A stretch of DNA of 64,000 bases from Nitrospirota bacterium (GTDB lineage Bacteria > Nitrospirota > Nitrospiria > Nitrospirales > NS-4), in assembly GCA_963788195.1 (NCBI GenBank), contig CAWBGA010000005.1, positions 96,001-160,000 of the forward strand, written 5' to 3'. Of the stretch, positions 52,780-62,828 are shown piece after piece (position 1 is the stretch's first letter; every line of letters starts with the position of its first letter). The position numbers and the translations under genes are program-made. Below the pieces are notes generated by a model. It ran no database searches. It was not told the origin of the DNA and was given only the letters and a program-made list of their open reading frames with translations.

Positions 52780-53934
52780 TCAGGCTTTCTGCGCGTCGAT
52801 GATATTGATGATTTCCGGCGCCACAAAGATCCAGTTTCGCTTGCGGCCGGTCGCTTCTTTCAAGATGTTTTTGTGAACAAGCTTATCGATATTGAGTTTG
52901 GCCGAACGATGGGTCACACCTAATTTCTTGGCTGCCTGAGCTACCGTAATGGCTGGATTGGAAAAGAGGTTATCCACCAACTGGAGCAGGAGTGCGGACG
53001 ACCGCGCGGATTGCAGTTGTGCGCGATAGCCTTGCCACAGATCCAAGAGGCGGTCGGACCTCTTGATCGCGTCCCGTGACTGCTCTGCTACGCCACGCAG
53101 GAAAAAGCTGATCCATTCCTACCAATGGCCGGACTGGCTGACAGCGAGCAGCAGCCTATAGTATTCTTGGCGGTGACGCTCAAAATATGCGCTCAGGTAT
53201 AGCAAAGGGTGCGGCAATAAACCTTCCGCGCAAAGCAAAAGAGTGAGTAATAAACGCCCAATGCGGCCGTTGCCGTCTAGAAATGGATGAATTGCTTCGA
53301 ATTGATAGTGAATCAAAGCGAGACGGACAAGCGGCGGCAACGACGAAGCGGAATGCAGGTATTTTTCCAGGTGGTCCAGTGCTTCTGTCATCTCGTCTTC
53401 GGGAGGGGGGACATATACTGCGTCCATCAATGTACACCCAGGCGGACCGATCCAGTTTTGTGAGCGTCGAAACTCTCCGGGTGTGAGATGATCCCCACGA
53501 GCCCCACCCATGAGTTGCTCATGCATTTCTCTTATCAAGCGCAGGCTGACAGGTAGTTTCTTAAGACGCGCTAATCCGTGCTCCAATGCCTTCACATAGT
53601 TTGAGACCTCACGCACGTCCGGCGTTTGCGGGTCGATCGTCCCGGAAGCTTCAAAAAAGAATAGATCTGACAAAGAAGCCTGCGTCCCTTCGATCCGGCT
53701 GGAGAGCACTGCTTCCCTTCGGATAAAAGGACCGATGAGGAGATGTGGATTCGGCAAAGTCCTGGCAACTCCGGCCAACTCGCTCAGCGCCCTGTCTGCT
53801 TCCGATATCTTCCCCACAAGATCCCATGTTAGGTTGACCGATGGCGGCAGAGGATTCGGCACAAACGCCCAATATCCTTGCGGCGCAGTAATGAGTCTTC
53901 CGGCCTGATCTGCTGCAAAGTCAGCGAGTTCCAT
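52780..53934 (-). pseudogene. Fic family protein interrupted by an in-frame TAG at 53119-53121
   Basis: EAVLSSRIEGT, HPFLDGNGRIGR; frame continues GHW*EWISFFLRGV into a C-terminal wHTH. Confidence 0.85.
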
Positions 53935-54085
53935 ACACCGGTATGTTACTTCGGTTCCAATGACTACGCCGGCAATGATACTTTATGGCATAAAAGTATC
54001 ATTATGGAATGAGCCTGTCAAAGGGTATTTTGAGGCTTTTTCGAATACGTTTGCGGAGCCTGGAAAAGCGAGAACTTCGTGAATT

Positions 54086-54220
54086 TTAGATTTTACGAGT
54101 AGGCTTGGCGAGCGACACGTTTTCAAGAATGACCTGCTTGAACACTGCAGGATCCCCGAGGCGCTTCACAGCATCAAGAATCTCGATCCCAGCTAGGAAA
54201 CCGGCGGCATCATAATCCAT
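54086..54220 (-). pseudogene. DUF2283-like fragment
   Basis: DYDAAGFLAGIEILDA resembles the C-terminal motif; N-terminal half not found. Confidence 0.5.
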
Positions 54221-54296
54221 AGCGGCAAGGTGGTCAGAAGAGCACAGTGGCAAAATTGTCGGCACGAAGTCGGAACGTTGTTTACGCGAACCTAGC

Positions 54297-54845
54297 TTAC
54301 TCCTCGTGTCCTTCGTCATGGGTTACGGCTTGGTCTACCGTGAGTTCCGCGGCCTGCACCATCTCCTGGTACTGCTGCGGCGTGATATTCGGTAATTGCC
54401 GAATAAATCCAACGAGCGCCCATATTGTCTCGGGACGATGGCTGGGCCCGAAAGCCGGCATCCCGGTCATCCGAATCCCATGCTCAATGATCCAGTACAG
54501 TTCGATATTACTTCGCCGCTGAACCCGCTGAGAGTCAAGCTTCGGAGGCTTGGGATTCAGGCCTTGGCGAACCGGGCCTGCTTTACGACCTGGAGCACTA
54601 TGGCATGTGACGCACATCGCGTGATAGCTTCGGAAACCATTTTTGACCAGCTCGGGGTCAATGAGTGATGGCATGGACTGGGGTGCATTCGCGCGCACGG
54701 CAATTGAGCGGTCCCGCACGAAGGATATCAGCCAGAGAGTCAGGTCGCTGTGTTTCTCGGTCGCCGCGACATTAAAGGCACCGAACCATATGAACAACAA
54801 TGCACCGACAAGTAGAAGTACTAGTAAAGTCGCGCCTATTCTCAT
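54297..54845 (-). CDS. membrane-anchored monoheme cytochrome c
   Basis: N-terminal TM helix, CVTCH, GLNPKPP.L, HGIRMTGMPAF. Confidence 0.9.
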   Translation of the reverse strand: MRIGATLLVLLLVGALLFIWFGAFNVAATEKHSDLTLWLISFVRDRSIAVRANAPQSMPSLIDPELVKNGFRSYHAMCVTCHSAPGRKAGPVRQGLNPKPPKLDSQRVQRRSNIELYWIIEHGIRMTGMPAFGPSHRPETIWALVGFIRQLPNITPQQYQEMVQAAELTVDQAVTHDEGHEE

Positions 54846-55255
54846 TCGATAGTTGGAATCCTGGTCGGGTGTAAGCCGTTCGAAGATCTCTATTCGCCGT
54901 GGAAGTAGACCTCCGCCATTTGTTTTCGGCGTTCCTCGAGAAACGCATCATATCCTGGATGCCCATAGCTAAGGGCAATATTTATTGTATCCGCTCTTTG
55001 AGAGGGCCAAGCGGTCTGATTGTGTCATACCCTAAGCTTTGAGGTGTTTCTTGGACAAGCGACGTATCTTTCGATCTTCTTTCAATTCACGGAGGCTGGG
55101 CACGTATAGGCTTCTACGAATGATGATTTAATTGAGTTATTTTACTTGTATCCTATTGAGTGATTTTACTGTATACTAAATATAGTTAACAGGAGCACAA
55201 TACCACTATAGGTTAACTAAGGGCGGTCTATAGCATGTGCCAGGATGGAGGACTC

Positions 55256-55657
55256 ATGGAATCCCGAAAGGCTGTCAGCAATTTCAAGTCATGCTGCAAG
55301 GCCCTGGTAGATATCATTCCGCCTGGGCACCACCTGACCGATGCACAAGAATCGATCGTATTGTCCAATCTCCAGGTCGTTGAGTCGGCCATCCGGGTCA
55401 GTCACATACAACAAAGTATCGCCGTTTACAATCCGAACGCCAGCGGGACGAAAAAAACCAACCATTGCACTCCGAGACGCGTGCAGATGGAAGTCCTGGT
55501 ACGGTGGAAGTGTTTCTGCATCACACCGTGGGAGTCCTGCCAATTCTGTCACGGTAGCGGCCATATCGACCGCTGGATGCCTGCCGATTTGCTGAAGTTT
55601 GTCAAGAATAGGACCTATTTGATTCTGGCTCGTCGCGATGTGAAAACCCTGTCGTAG
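55256..55657 (+). CDS. hypothetical protein with C-terminal Cys cluster
   Basis: GGAGG RBS; CFC-x6-CQFCHGSG. Confidence 0.55.
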   Translation: MESRKAVSNFKSCCKALVDIIPPGHHLTDAQESIVLSNLQVVESAIRVSHIQQSIAVYNPNASGTKKTNHCTPRRVQMEVLVRWKCFCITPWESCQFCHGSGHIDRWMPADLLKFVKNRTYLILARRDVKTLS

Positions 55658-55677
55658 TGGGAGGGGTCTCGCAGCAC

Positions 55678-55956
55678 CTACGTCCCGGGCGGGACAGGCG
55701 CTACAGACGATTTAGGCGTGCGATCCTCAATCCTGATCTGCTTATACCCTCGCGACTCCATACATTGATTGACAGCCGTGGTAAGGTGCGGTGACTCGAG
55801 ACTCGTGCCGAACCTCTGTTTGGCCTGAGCATAGCAGTTATTAAAATCCCGTTCCGTCTCGGCCTCCGTCTTTCCTTCCTGCATCCATACCTGTTTTGCA
55901 GCACAGCCCGTCACGAGGAGGAGCATAAGCAAGAACCAGATTGTTTTAGTGTTCAT
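55678..55956 (-). CDS. small lipoprotein
   Basis: Lipobox VTGC; W...GKT...D...C...A...CMESRGY. Confidence 0.75.
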   Translation of the reverse strand: MNTKTIWFLLMLLLVTGCAAKQVWMQEGKTEAETERDFNNCYAQAKQRFGTSLESPHLTTAVNQCMESRGYKQIRIEDRTPKSSVAPVPPGT

Positions 55957-55967
55957 GCTGATCGAAT

Positions 55968-57506
55968 CTACTTCTTATTGGTAATGGTTCTCTCGAATTC
56001 GACCTCGGCGCGCAGGCTTTCGAGATCCCGGCCAACCGTCGCGACCGCCAACTTCCTGCCGCCTCGTCGATAGGTTATTGTGCAGTTTCGCGCCTCCAGT
56101 TGCCCGTCGATGTCGGCTGTATCCCATTTTTCGGCGTGCCCGACATACGCGATCGTAAGGTCGTATTGCTCGGTCCAGAAGAATGGAACGGCGTTAAATA
56201 TTTCCCGGCGGCCAAGAATGTTGCGTGCAGCAGTCTGTCCCTGGCGCTCGGCCACGACGAAATGTTCGATGCGGATTCGTTCGCCGGTGAGCCGATCGGG
56301 CCAGCGGGCGATGTCGCCTGCTGCGAAGATGTGCGGGACGCTCGTTTCAAGATATTCGTTCACCGTGACGCCGCGGTCAACGGCGAGCCCCGCTCGTTCC
56401 GCCAATAAGGTCGCCGGTCGTACCCCGACGCCTATGACGACGAAATCGGCCTGGACGTGTTCTCCGTTCTTCAGCGTGACGCTTCGGTCGTCGATCGCGG
56501 TCGCGGTCGTGCCGAGATGGAACGTCACGCCATGCTCCTCATGGAGCCGGCGGAGAAAATGTCCGACCTCTGTTCCCAGAACTCGCTCCATCGGAATCGT
56601 CTCCGGTGCGACCACGTGCACGTCGATCTTCCGGGCTCGGAGCGATGCGGCCACCTCGAGACCGATGAAGCTGGCTCCAATCACTACGGCTCGCTGTGAT
56701 GCCAGAGCTTTGGAGACAATTGCGCGGCTGTCCGTAAGCGTGCGCAGATAGTGCACGTGTGGGAGGTTAGCACCAGGAATCTCCAACCGTACCGGTTCGG
56801 CGCCGGTGGCGAGCAGGAGCGCACCATAGGTGTGCCGGCTGCCGTCCACCAGCTCTACCTGCGCGTTCCCTGTGTCGATCGTCGTGGCGGCTGCCTTCAG
56901 TCTCAAGTCGATGTCGTGCTCTCTATAGAATTCCGCCGATCGGAGGAGAGTCCACTCCTCGGGCGCAGTGCCGGCCAGGTAGCCCTTTGAGAGGTTAGGC
57001 CGATCACAGGGCATCGACTCATCGGCGCTCAGCATTGTGATACGGCCGGGGTAGCCTTCGCGACGGAGTGTTTCCGCAGCGGCATTGCCCGCTGGACCAC
57101 CGCCGACGATAATGACCGAGTCCGGCATGCCGGCCGCTACTGCAGGCGGTTTCGGATTTACGCTCTCCAGCTTCTCTCGAACATAGACGGCGCCGTGCAC
57201 CTTTTCGACGCGCCAGCGGGAAACCGGGTTGAGCGCCGGCGCCCGGAGGGGCTCACCAGTCCGCAGGCTAAAGCAGGCATGATGCCAGGGGCAGCGAACC
57301 GTCTCCTCCACGAGGAGCCCCTCGCCAAGGGGGCCGCCATAGTGCGTGCAGACGGCGCCGATCGCGAACAGCTCATCGCCGCGTCTGACAAGGAGCACCG
57401 GTTCGGCCCGTGCGTGCCCGAGCAGCATGGTTCCATCAGGGACCATTGAGAGCTCAACTCCCTGGGTCAGATCAGGCCCGCTGAGTTTCGTCTGTTCTTC
57501 GCTCAT
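55968..57506 (-). CDS. Rieske [2Fe-2S]-fused FAD/NAD(P)H oxidoreductase (AIF/ferredoxin-reductase-like)
   Basis: CTHYG...CPWHHA, GGGPAG, DRPNLSK, GASFIGLE, AAGD, VPFFW; start MSEEQ at 57506. Confidence 0.92.
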   Translation of the reverse strand: MSEEQTKLSGPDLTQGVELSMVPDGTMLLGHARAEPVLLVRRGDELFAIGAVCTHYGGPLGEGLLVEETVRCPWHHACFSLRTGEPLRAPALNPVSRWRVEKVHGAVYVREKLESVNPKPPAVAAGMPDSVIIVGGGPAGNAAAETLRREGYPGRITMLSADESMPCDRPNLSKGYLAGTAPEEWTLLRSAEFYREHDIDLRLKAAATTIDTGNAQVELVDGSRHTYGALLLATGAEPVRLEIPGANLPHVHYLRTLTDSRAIVSKALASQRAVVIGASFIGLEVAASLRARKIDVHVVAPETIPMERVLGTEVGHFLRRLHEEHGVTFHLGTTATAIDDRSVTLKNGEHVQADFVVIGVGVRPATLLAERAGLAVDRGVTVNEYLETSVPHIFAAGDIARWPDRLTGERIRIEHFVVAERQGQTAARNILGRREIFNAVPFFWTEQYDLTIAYVGHAEKWDTADIDGQLEARNCTITYRRGGRKLAVATVGRDLESLRAEVEFERTITNKK

Positions 57507-57678
57507 TGATCCCCTGACGCAAATGCGGTCGTGTGCGCCCTTAGAATTCTTGCTAAACCTGGATGATGGCGCGCGGAGCCCGCCTTCTATTTCCACCTTG
57601 GGCACGTCCGCTGCTCGTCACGCCGTTTTTTTTGAGAAGACAGTGCGTGCCGGCAATTATAGAGGCGCCACTTGGAGC

Positions 57679-57794
57679 GTCACAAGGACAAAGTCTTCCC
57701 CACGGTGGATCCTGCCCTCAATACCTTGACTCCGCTGAGATGGATAAGAGATAAGAAGTCCTCGTCCTGAGCGCGAAACAGCACGAAACTCAAT
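57679..57794 (+). promoter_or_regulatory. conserved structured leader upstream of dabB copy 1
   Basis: Aligns block by block with 60861-60977. Confidence 0.5.
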
Positions 57795-59496
57795 ATGTCG
57801 CTAGCAATTCTTGTTCCGCTCCTGCCGCTTCTGGCGACGATCATCGTCCTGGTGGGCGAGCCGCAGACGCAGCTTCAGCGGTCGAAGCTGGGGGTTTTGC
57901 CCCTGGCCGCGGCGTTCGTTGGCTCTATCATCACATTGGTGCTGGTCGCGTCGAAGGGAACGATCACCATCCGTTTTTACGATCCATCGTCAATCGCCAA
58001 TCTTGCGCTTCCTTTGGGGTTTCAGATCGACCGACTCAGCGCAGTCATGATGGTCCTGATTTCGGGGGTCGGGACGATTGTTTACAGCTACTCAGTGAAT
58101 TACATGTTCCAGGATCGTGGGTATCGCCGATTTCTCGCTCTCATTGGTTTCACCACATTTGTCCTCCTCTGCATGGTCTCGAGCAGCAACTTGGTGATGT
58201 TGTTTGTGTTCTGGCAGCTTCTGAGCTACCTGCTCGCATTGCTTGCCCACAACCTCGGCCACGCCGCGACACTCGAGGGGGCATTCCGAACGTTTACGCT
58301 CCTGCGCGTCGGCGATGTAGCTTTTCTCGCGGGAATCGTTCTCGCGCATGCATTGTACGGAACGATCGAGTTTCACGAGCTCTTTACCAGAGCAGCCGCG
58401 ACACCGATCACGCTTTCGCCTCTTCCTGGAATCGAGATGACAGGGAGCACGGCGGTGACGCTCCTCATTTTCATCGGCGCCATGAGCAAGTCGGCACAGT
58501 TTCCGCTTCACATCTGGCTTCCAAGCTCGCTCTACGCGCCTACACCTGTCCATGCGCTGCTTCATGCCGGAATCATCAATGCCGGCGGGTTCCTGATAAA
58601 CCGCCTCGCCCCTTTATACGGGTTGAGCCCGCCATCCCTACACATTGCGTTCGTGATCGGCACGATCACTGCTTTCATGGGCGCCTCCATGATGCTGGCA
58701 CAAAATGATATTAAGAAAACATTGGGTTATCTCTACGATAGGTCAGATGGGCTATATGATCATGGAGTGCGGCTTAGGGGCATTCGCTTTGGCGATCTTT
58801 CATCTGCTCGCGCACGGCCTTTTCAAGGCGACGGTGTTCCTGAACTGCGGCAATGTTATCCATAAAGCCCGTCTTGAGCCCTTACTTCCTTCGTCGAGCC
58901 GTGCGACCGAAGAGGCGGAGTTCTCAGGGCTCACGTGGACGACCGGCTTTTTCACGATACTGCTGATGCCGCTCGTCATCCTGCTGGCAGCCCATGGGGC
59001 TTTGCAGATCCCGATCCTCGAGTCTCAGGGCTCGGTTATCTTCCTCTTCTTTATCTGGGTGACCTCTACCCAGGCGATTCTGACGCTCACCCGTCTGCGT
59101 GGCGTCGCGTCGTGGAAAGTTTCGGCCGCCATGCTCCTTGTCCTGCTGTTTGTGGTCTTTACGTATCTTTTCGCGGCGGAGCGCTTCACGGCATTTCTTT
59201 ATCCCGACCGAGCGGAGGTGGCTGCTTATTTCAAGGCCGCTGCGCTTCCCACGCCGCTTTTTGATGGTATCGTGGTGATGACCACTCTGCTTATTGTCTT
59301 GGGCTGGTTTTACCTCTATGCACGGACGCGTGGCGAGACGATGCCGATACCCTCGTGGGTGGAATCTGTCCGCGCCCGTCTTTACCTCTTGTTGATGAAC
59401 CGTCTTTATCTCGATGCCGCATATTCTAGGCTGGGAACGGCTGTGATGCGGCAGGCTTACCGCTTCGACCGGAGTCGGCTTGGGAGGATGCTCTGA
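57795..59496 (+). CDS. dabB: DabB-like (NuoL/ND5-type) membrane subunit of an inorganic-carbon uptake complex, copy 1; apparent frameshift near 58730
   Basis: IDRLSAVM, KSAQFPLH.WLP, APTPV.ALLHAG, STIGQMGYM, AHGLFKA..FL; DUF2309 gene downstream. Confidence 0.8.
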
Positions 59497-59501
59497 CGGC
59501 A

Positions 59502-60843
59502 ATGATGACTGCTTCCCTCCTGCTCGTCACGACTCCAGTCGTGGGTGCTACGCTGGGTCTGCTCATGTGGAGCAACCCCCAGGCATTAAAAGTGTGTCTT
59601 CTCATCGCGACAATAGCCAGTCTCGTCACAGTAGGATTGACTTCAGGAACATTATCCGACCAGGTTGGTGGGGGGCTCTTGTGCTCGCTCCTTCCTCTCA
59701 CAGCTTTCGTAACCTTGTTGGGACAACCGGCGCACCGTAGCCTCCGCGCCGCTTGGGTGCTGACGCTCCTTCTGCTTGGATTGGGATTGGGCACCTTGGC
59801 TTACAAGGCACCCCTGTCACAGATCTTCTTCCTACTCCTCCTTGCTCTCGTCGGTCTAATGCTCTTTCACTTTCGGGATCAAGCAGGATTCGATGTGCGG
59901 TGGGGAATCGGGACGGTCGGTTTTGGAATGGTGTGTGTCATAGTCGCCATGACTGTGGCCCCTCCAGTTTCATTCATTATGTTCGCCGTCGCATGCGGCA
60001 TCAGCCTTCCTCTGGTGCCGTTTCACAAAAGTTATGTCGCCGCGCTGACGGGGTTGCCGGGAAACTTACCCTCCTTGCTTGCAGTCTTGCTGCCCGTCGT
60101 TGGATTCCACGGGCTACTGACTTCGTACCCTCAGCTTCCGGACGTGGTGTCCGACGGCGCCGCCATCCTGGCGCTCGTGGGAATGGTGTACGGTTCCTTG
60201 AAAGCATTGACTCAATCTCGTGCGGCATCGGTCGTATCCTATGGCAGCCTGGCCTTCTTCTCTATTCTCTGGTGGTATCTGATCACAACCAGGACCGCCG
60301 CACCGCAGACGGTGGTCTACCTCAGTGCGGTTGGTCTAGCCACGAGCGGGCTGCTCATCGCCAGGTATGTGCTGCGGGCTCGTTATGGTGAGATTGATCT
60401 GCGTGCGCTGACCGGGCTCGCCGAACCGATGCCACGATTCGCCATCGCACTGTCACTATTGGCCGTCGCGGCGTTGGGTCTCCCACCGTTTGGAGTGTTT
60501 TCCGGTTTTATCGGCATGCTGCTCGTTCCCTCGTTCGCGTTGTCCGGGGGGCTAGCCGTCATTCTTATCGTCTGGCTCTGCGCCTCCTGGTATTTTATTG
60601 ATCTCGCGCACGGGCTGTTGTTCGGTCGCCAACGACCAGAGCGTCGGCATGAGGATCTGCGCGCGCCTGAACTGGCTGCTCTAACTATCGTACTCGCGCT
60701 CCTAGTCGCCTTAGGGGTAATGCCCTCTCGCTTTTTTTGACCCTGAGCCGGCGAACCTTCAGCGAACCGAAGGGATTGCCTTCTATTTCGGTTTTTGTCC
60801 GTTCGCTGTTCCTCACGCCGTTTACAGTGCGTTCGGTAATTAA
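59502..60843 (+). CDS. second proton-conducting-type membrane subunit (NuoM/N-like, divergent); an extra T in a homopolymer gives the stop at 60740
   Basis: Polytopic; LPLVPFH, GLAEPMPRF, ALGLPPFGVF; the paralogous tail at ~62760 has 6 T rather than 7. Confidence 0.7.
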
Positions 60844-60860
60844 GAGGTACTGTTTGGAAT

Positions 60861-60977
60861 GTCACAAAGGACAAAGTCGCCCCCCCGGCGGAGTCGACAC
60901 CCGACGCCTTGACTCCGCGAGGACGATAAGAGATAAGAGGTCCTCGTCCTGAGCTGCGAAACGGCACGAAAGTCAGT
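60861..60977 (+). promoter_or_regulatory. conserved structured leader upstream of dabB copy 2
   Basis: Stems GCGGAGTC/GACTCCGC, GAGGAC/GTCCTC, GCTG/CGGC. Confidence 0.5.
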
Positions 60978-62680
60978 ATGTCTCTAGCGATTCTTATTCC
61001 GCTCCTGCCCCTTCTGGCGGCGATCATCGCCCTGGTGGGCGAGCCTGGGACGCAGGACCAACGGGTTAGACTGGGTGTTCTGCCTCTGGCCGCGGCGCTC
61101 GTTGGCTCCCTCGTGACGTTAGTGATGGTCACGTCGGAGGGAGCCATCAGCATCCGCTTCTATGACCCGTTGTCCATCGCCAATCTTGCACTTCCTTTGG
61201 GCTTCCACATCGACCGGCTCAGCGCAGTGATGATGGTCTTGATTTCGGGAGTCGGCACCATAGTCTATCGCTACTCAGTGAATTACATGTTCCAGGATCC
61301 TGACTATCGCCGTTTTCTCGCCCTCATTGGATTCACCACATTCGTCCTCCTTTGCATGGTATCGAGCATCAACCTGGTTATGCTGTTTGTGTGCTGGCAG
61401 CTTCTTAGCTACCTGCTCGCGTTGCTTGCCCACAACCTCGGCTCACGCCGCGACGCTCGAAGGGGCATTCCGAACGTTTACGCTCCTGCGCGTCGGCGAT
61501 GTGGCGTTTCTCGCGGGGATCGTTCTCGCGCATGCATTGTACGGAACGATTGAGTTTCAGGAGCTGTTTAGCAGAGCCGCCGATACACCGATCACGCTCT
61601 CACTACTTCCTGGAATCGAGATGACCGGCAGCACGGCAGTGACGCTCCTTATTTTCATCGGGGCCATGAGCAAGTCGGCACAGTTTCCGCTTCACGTCTG
61701 GCTTCCGAGCTCGATCTACGCTCCGACCCCTGTCACTGCGCTGCTCCATGCCGGCATCATCAACGCAGGTGGCTTCCTGATAAACCGTCTCGCCCCTTTG
61801 TATGGATTGAGTCCGACAACCCTGCACGTCGCATTCGTCATCGGCACGCTCACCGCCTTCTTCGGTGCCTCCATGATGCTGACCCAGAATGACATCAAGA
61901 AGACGCTGGGGTTCTCCACGATCGGCCAGATGGGCTATATGATCATGGAGTGCGGCTTAGGGGCCTTCGCTTTAGCGGTCTTTCATCTGATCGCGCACGG
62001 GCTCTTCAAGGCCACGATGTTCCTGAACTGCGGCAACGTCATTCATAAAGCCAGGCAAGAGCCTTTATTTCCTCAAACGAGCCACAGAACCGAACAGGCT
62101 CGGTTTTCAGGGCTCACCTGGTCGACCGGATTCTTCACGACGTTGCTCATGCCACTGGTGATTCTGCTCGTGACCCACGGGGTCTTGCAGATCCCAATTC
62201 GAGATTCGCAAGGTGCGGTGATCTTTCTCTTCTTTATCTGGGTGACCTCTTCCCAAGCGATTCTGACACTCACCCGTTTGCGTGAGGTCGCCTCGTGGAA
62301 GGTTTCTGGCGCCATGCTTCTGATTCTGCTCTTCGTGGTCTTCACGTACCTCTTCGCAGCTGAACACTTCACTGCGTTTCTCTATCCTGATCGAGAAGAG
62401 GTGGCTTCTTATTACAGGGCTGCCGCGCTTCCCGGTCCGCTCTTTGATGGACTCGTGGTGATGACGACTCTCCTCATCATCCTCGGCTGGTTTTACCTCT
62501 ATGCCCAGACCTGGGGTGAGAGTATGCGGATACCCCGTTGGGTGGATCCGGTCCGCGGCCGTCTCTATGTGTTGTTCATGAACCAGTCTTTATCTCGATG
62601 TGGCCTATTCCAAGCTGGGAGGGGCTGTGATGCGCCTGGCTCGCCGCGTCGACAAGCCCTCGCTTGGGAAGACGCGGTGA
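60978..62680 (+). CDS. dabB: DabB-like membrane subunit, copy 2; apparent frameshifts near 61441 and 62585
   Basis: Collinear paralogue of 57795-59496. Confidence 0.8.
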
Positions 62681-62687
62681 CGGCTTG

Positions 62688-62828
62688 ATGACTGCTTGCC
62701 TCCTGCTCGTCGCGATTCCAGTTCTGGGCGCTGCAATAGGTGGGGTAATGCCCTCTCGCTTTTTTGACCCTGAGCCGGCAAATCTTAAATCAACAGTCGG
62801 GATGGAGTCCCCGGCATGGATCAAATAA
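62688..62828 (+). CDS. 46-aa in-frame internal-deletion derivative of the second membrane subunit
   Basis: MTACLLLVAIPVLGAAIG (matches N-terminus of 59502 gene) fused to GVMPSRFFDPEPANL (matches its C-terminus); stop overlaps the dabA start. Confidence 0.6.
   Translation: MTACLLLVAIPVLGAAIGGVMPSRFFDPEPANLKSTVGMESPAWIK

Noticed and set aside
53119..53121. Pyrrolysine or amber recoding in the Fic gene
   Set aside because: Single instance at a non-catalytic position, no pyl genes seen, and TAG is a normal stop elsewhere in the window.
57768..57794. Hammerhead ribozyme in the dab leaders (CTGAG...GAAA)
   Set aside because: The core requires CUGANGA; the copies read CUGAGCG and CUGAGCU.
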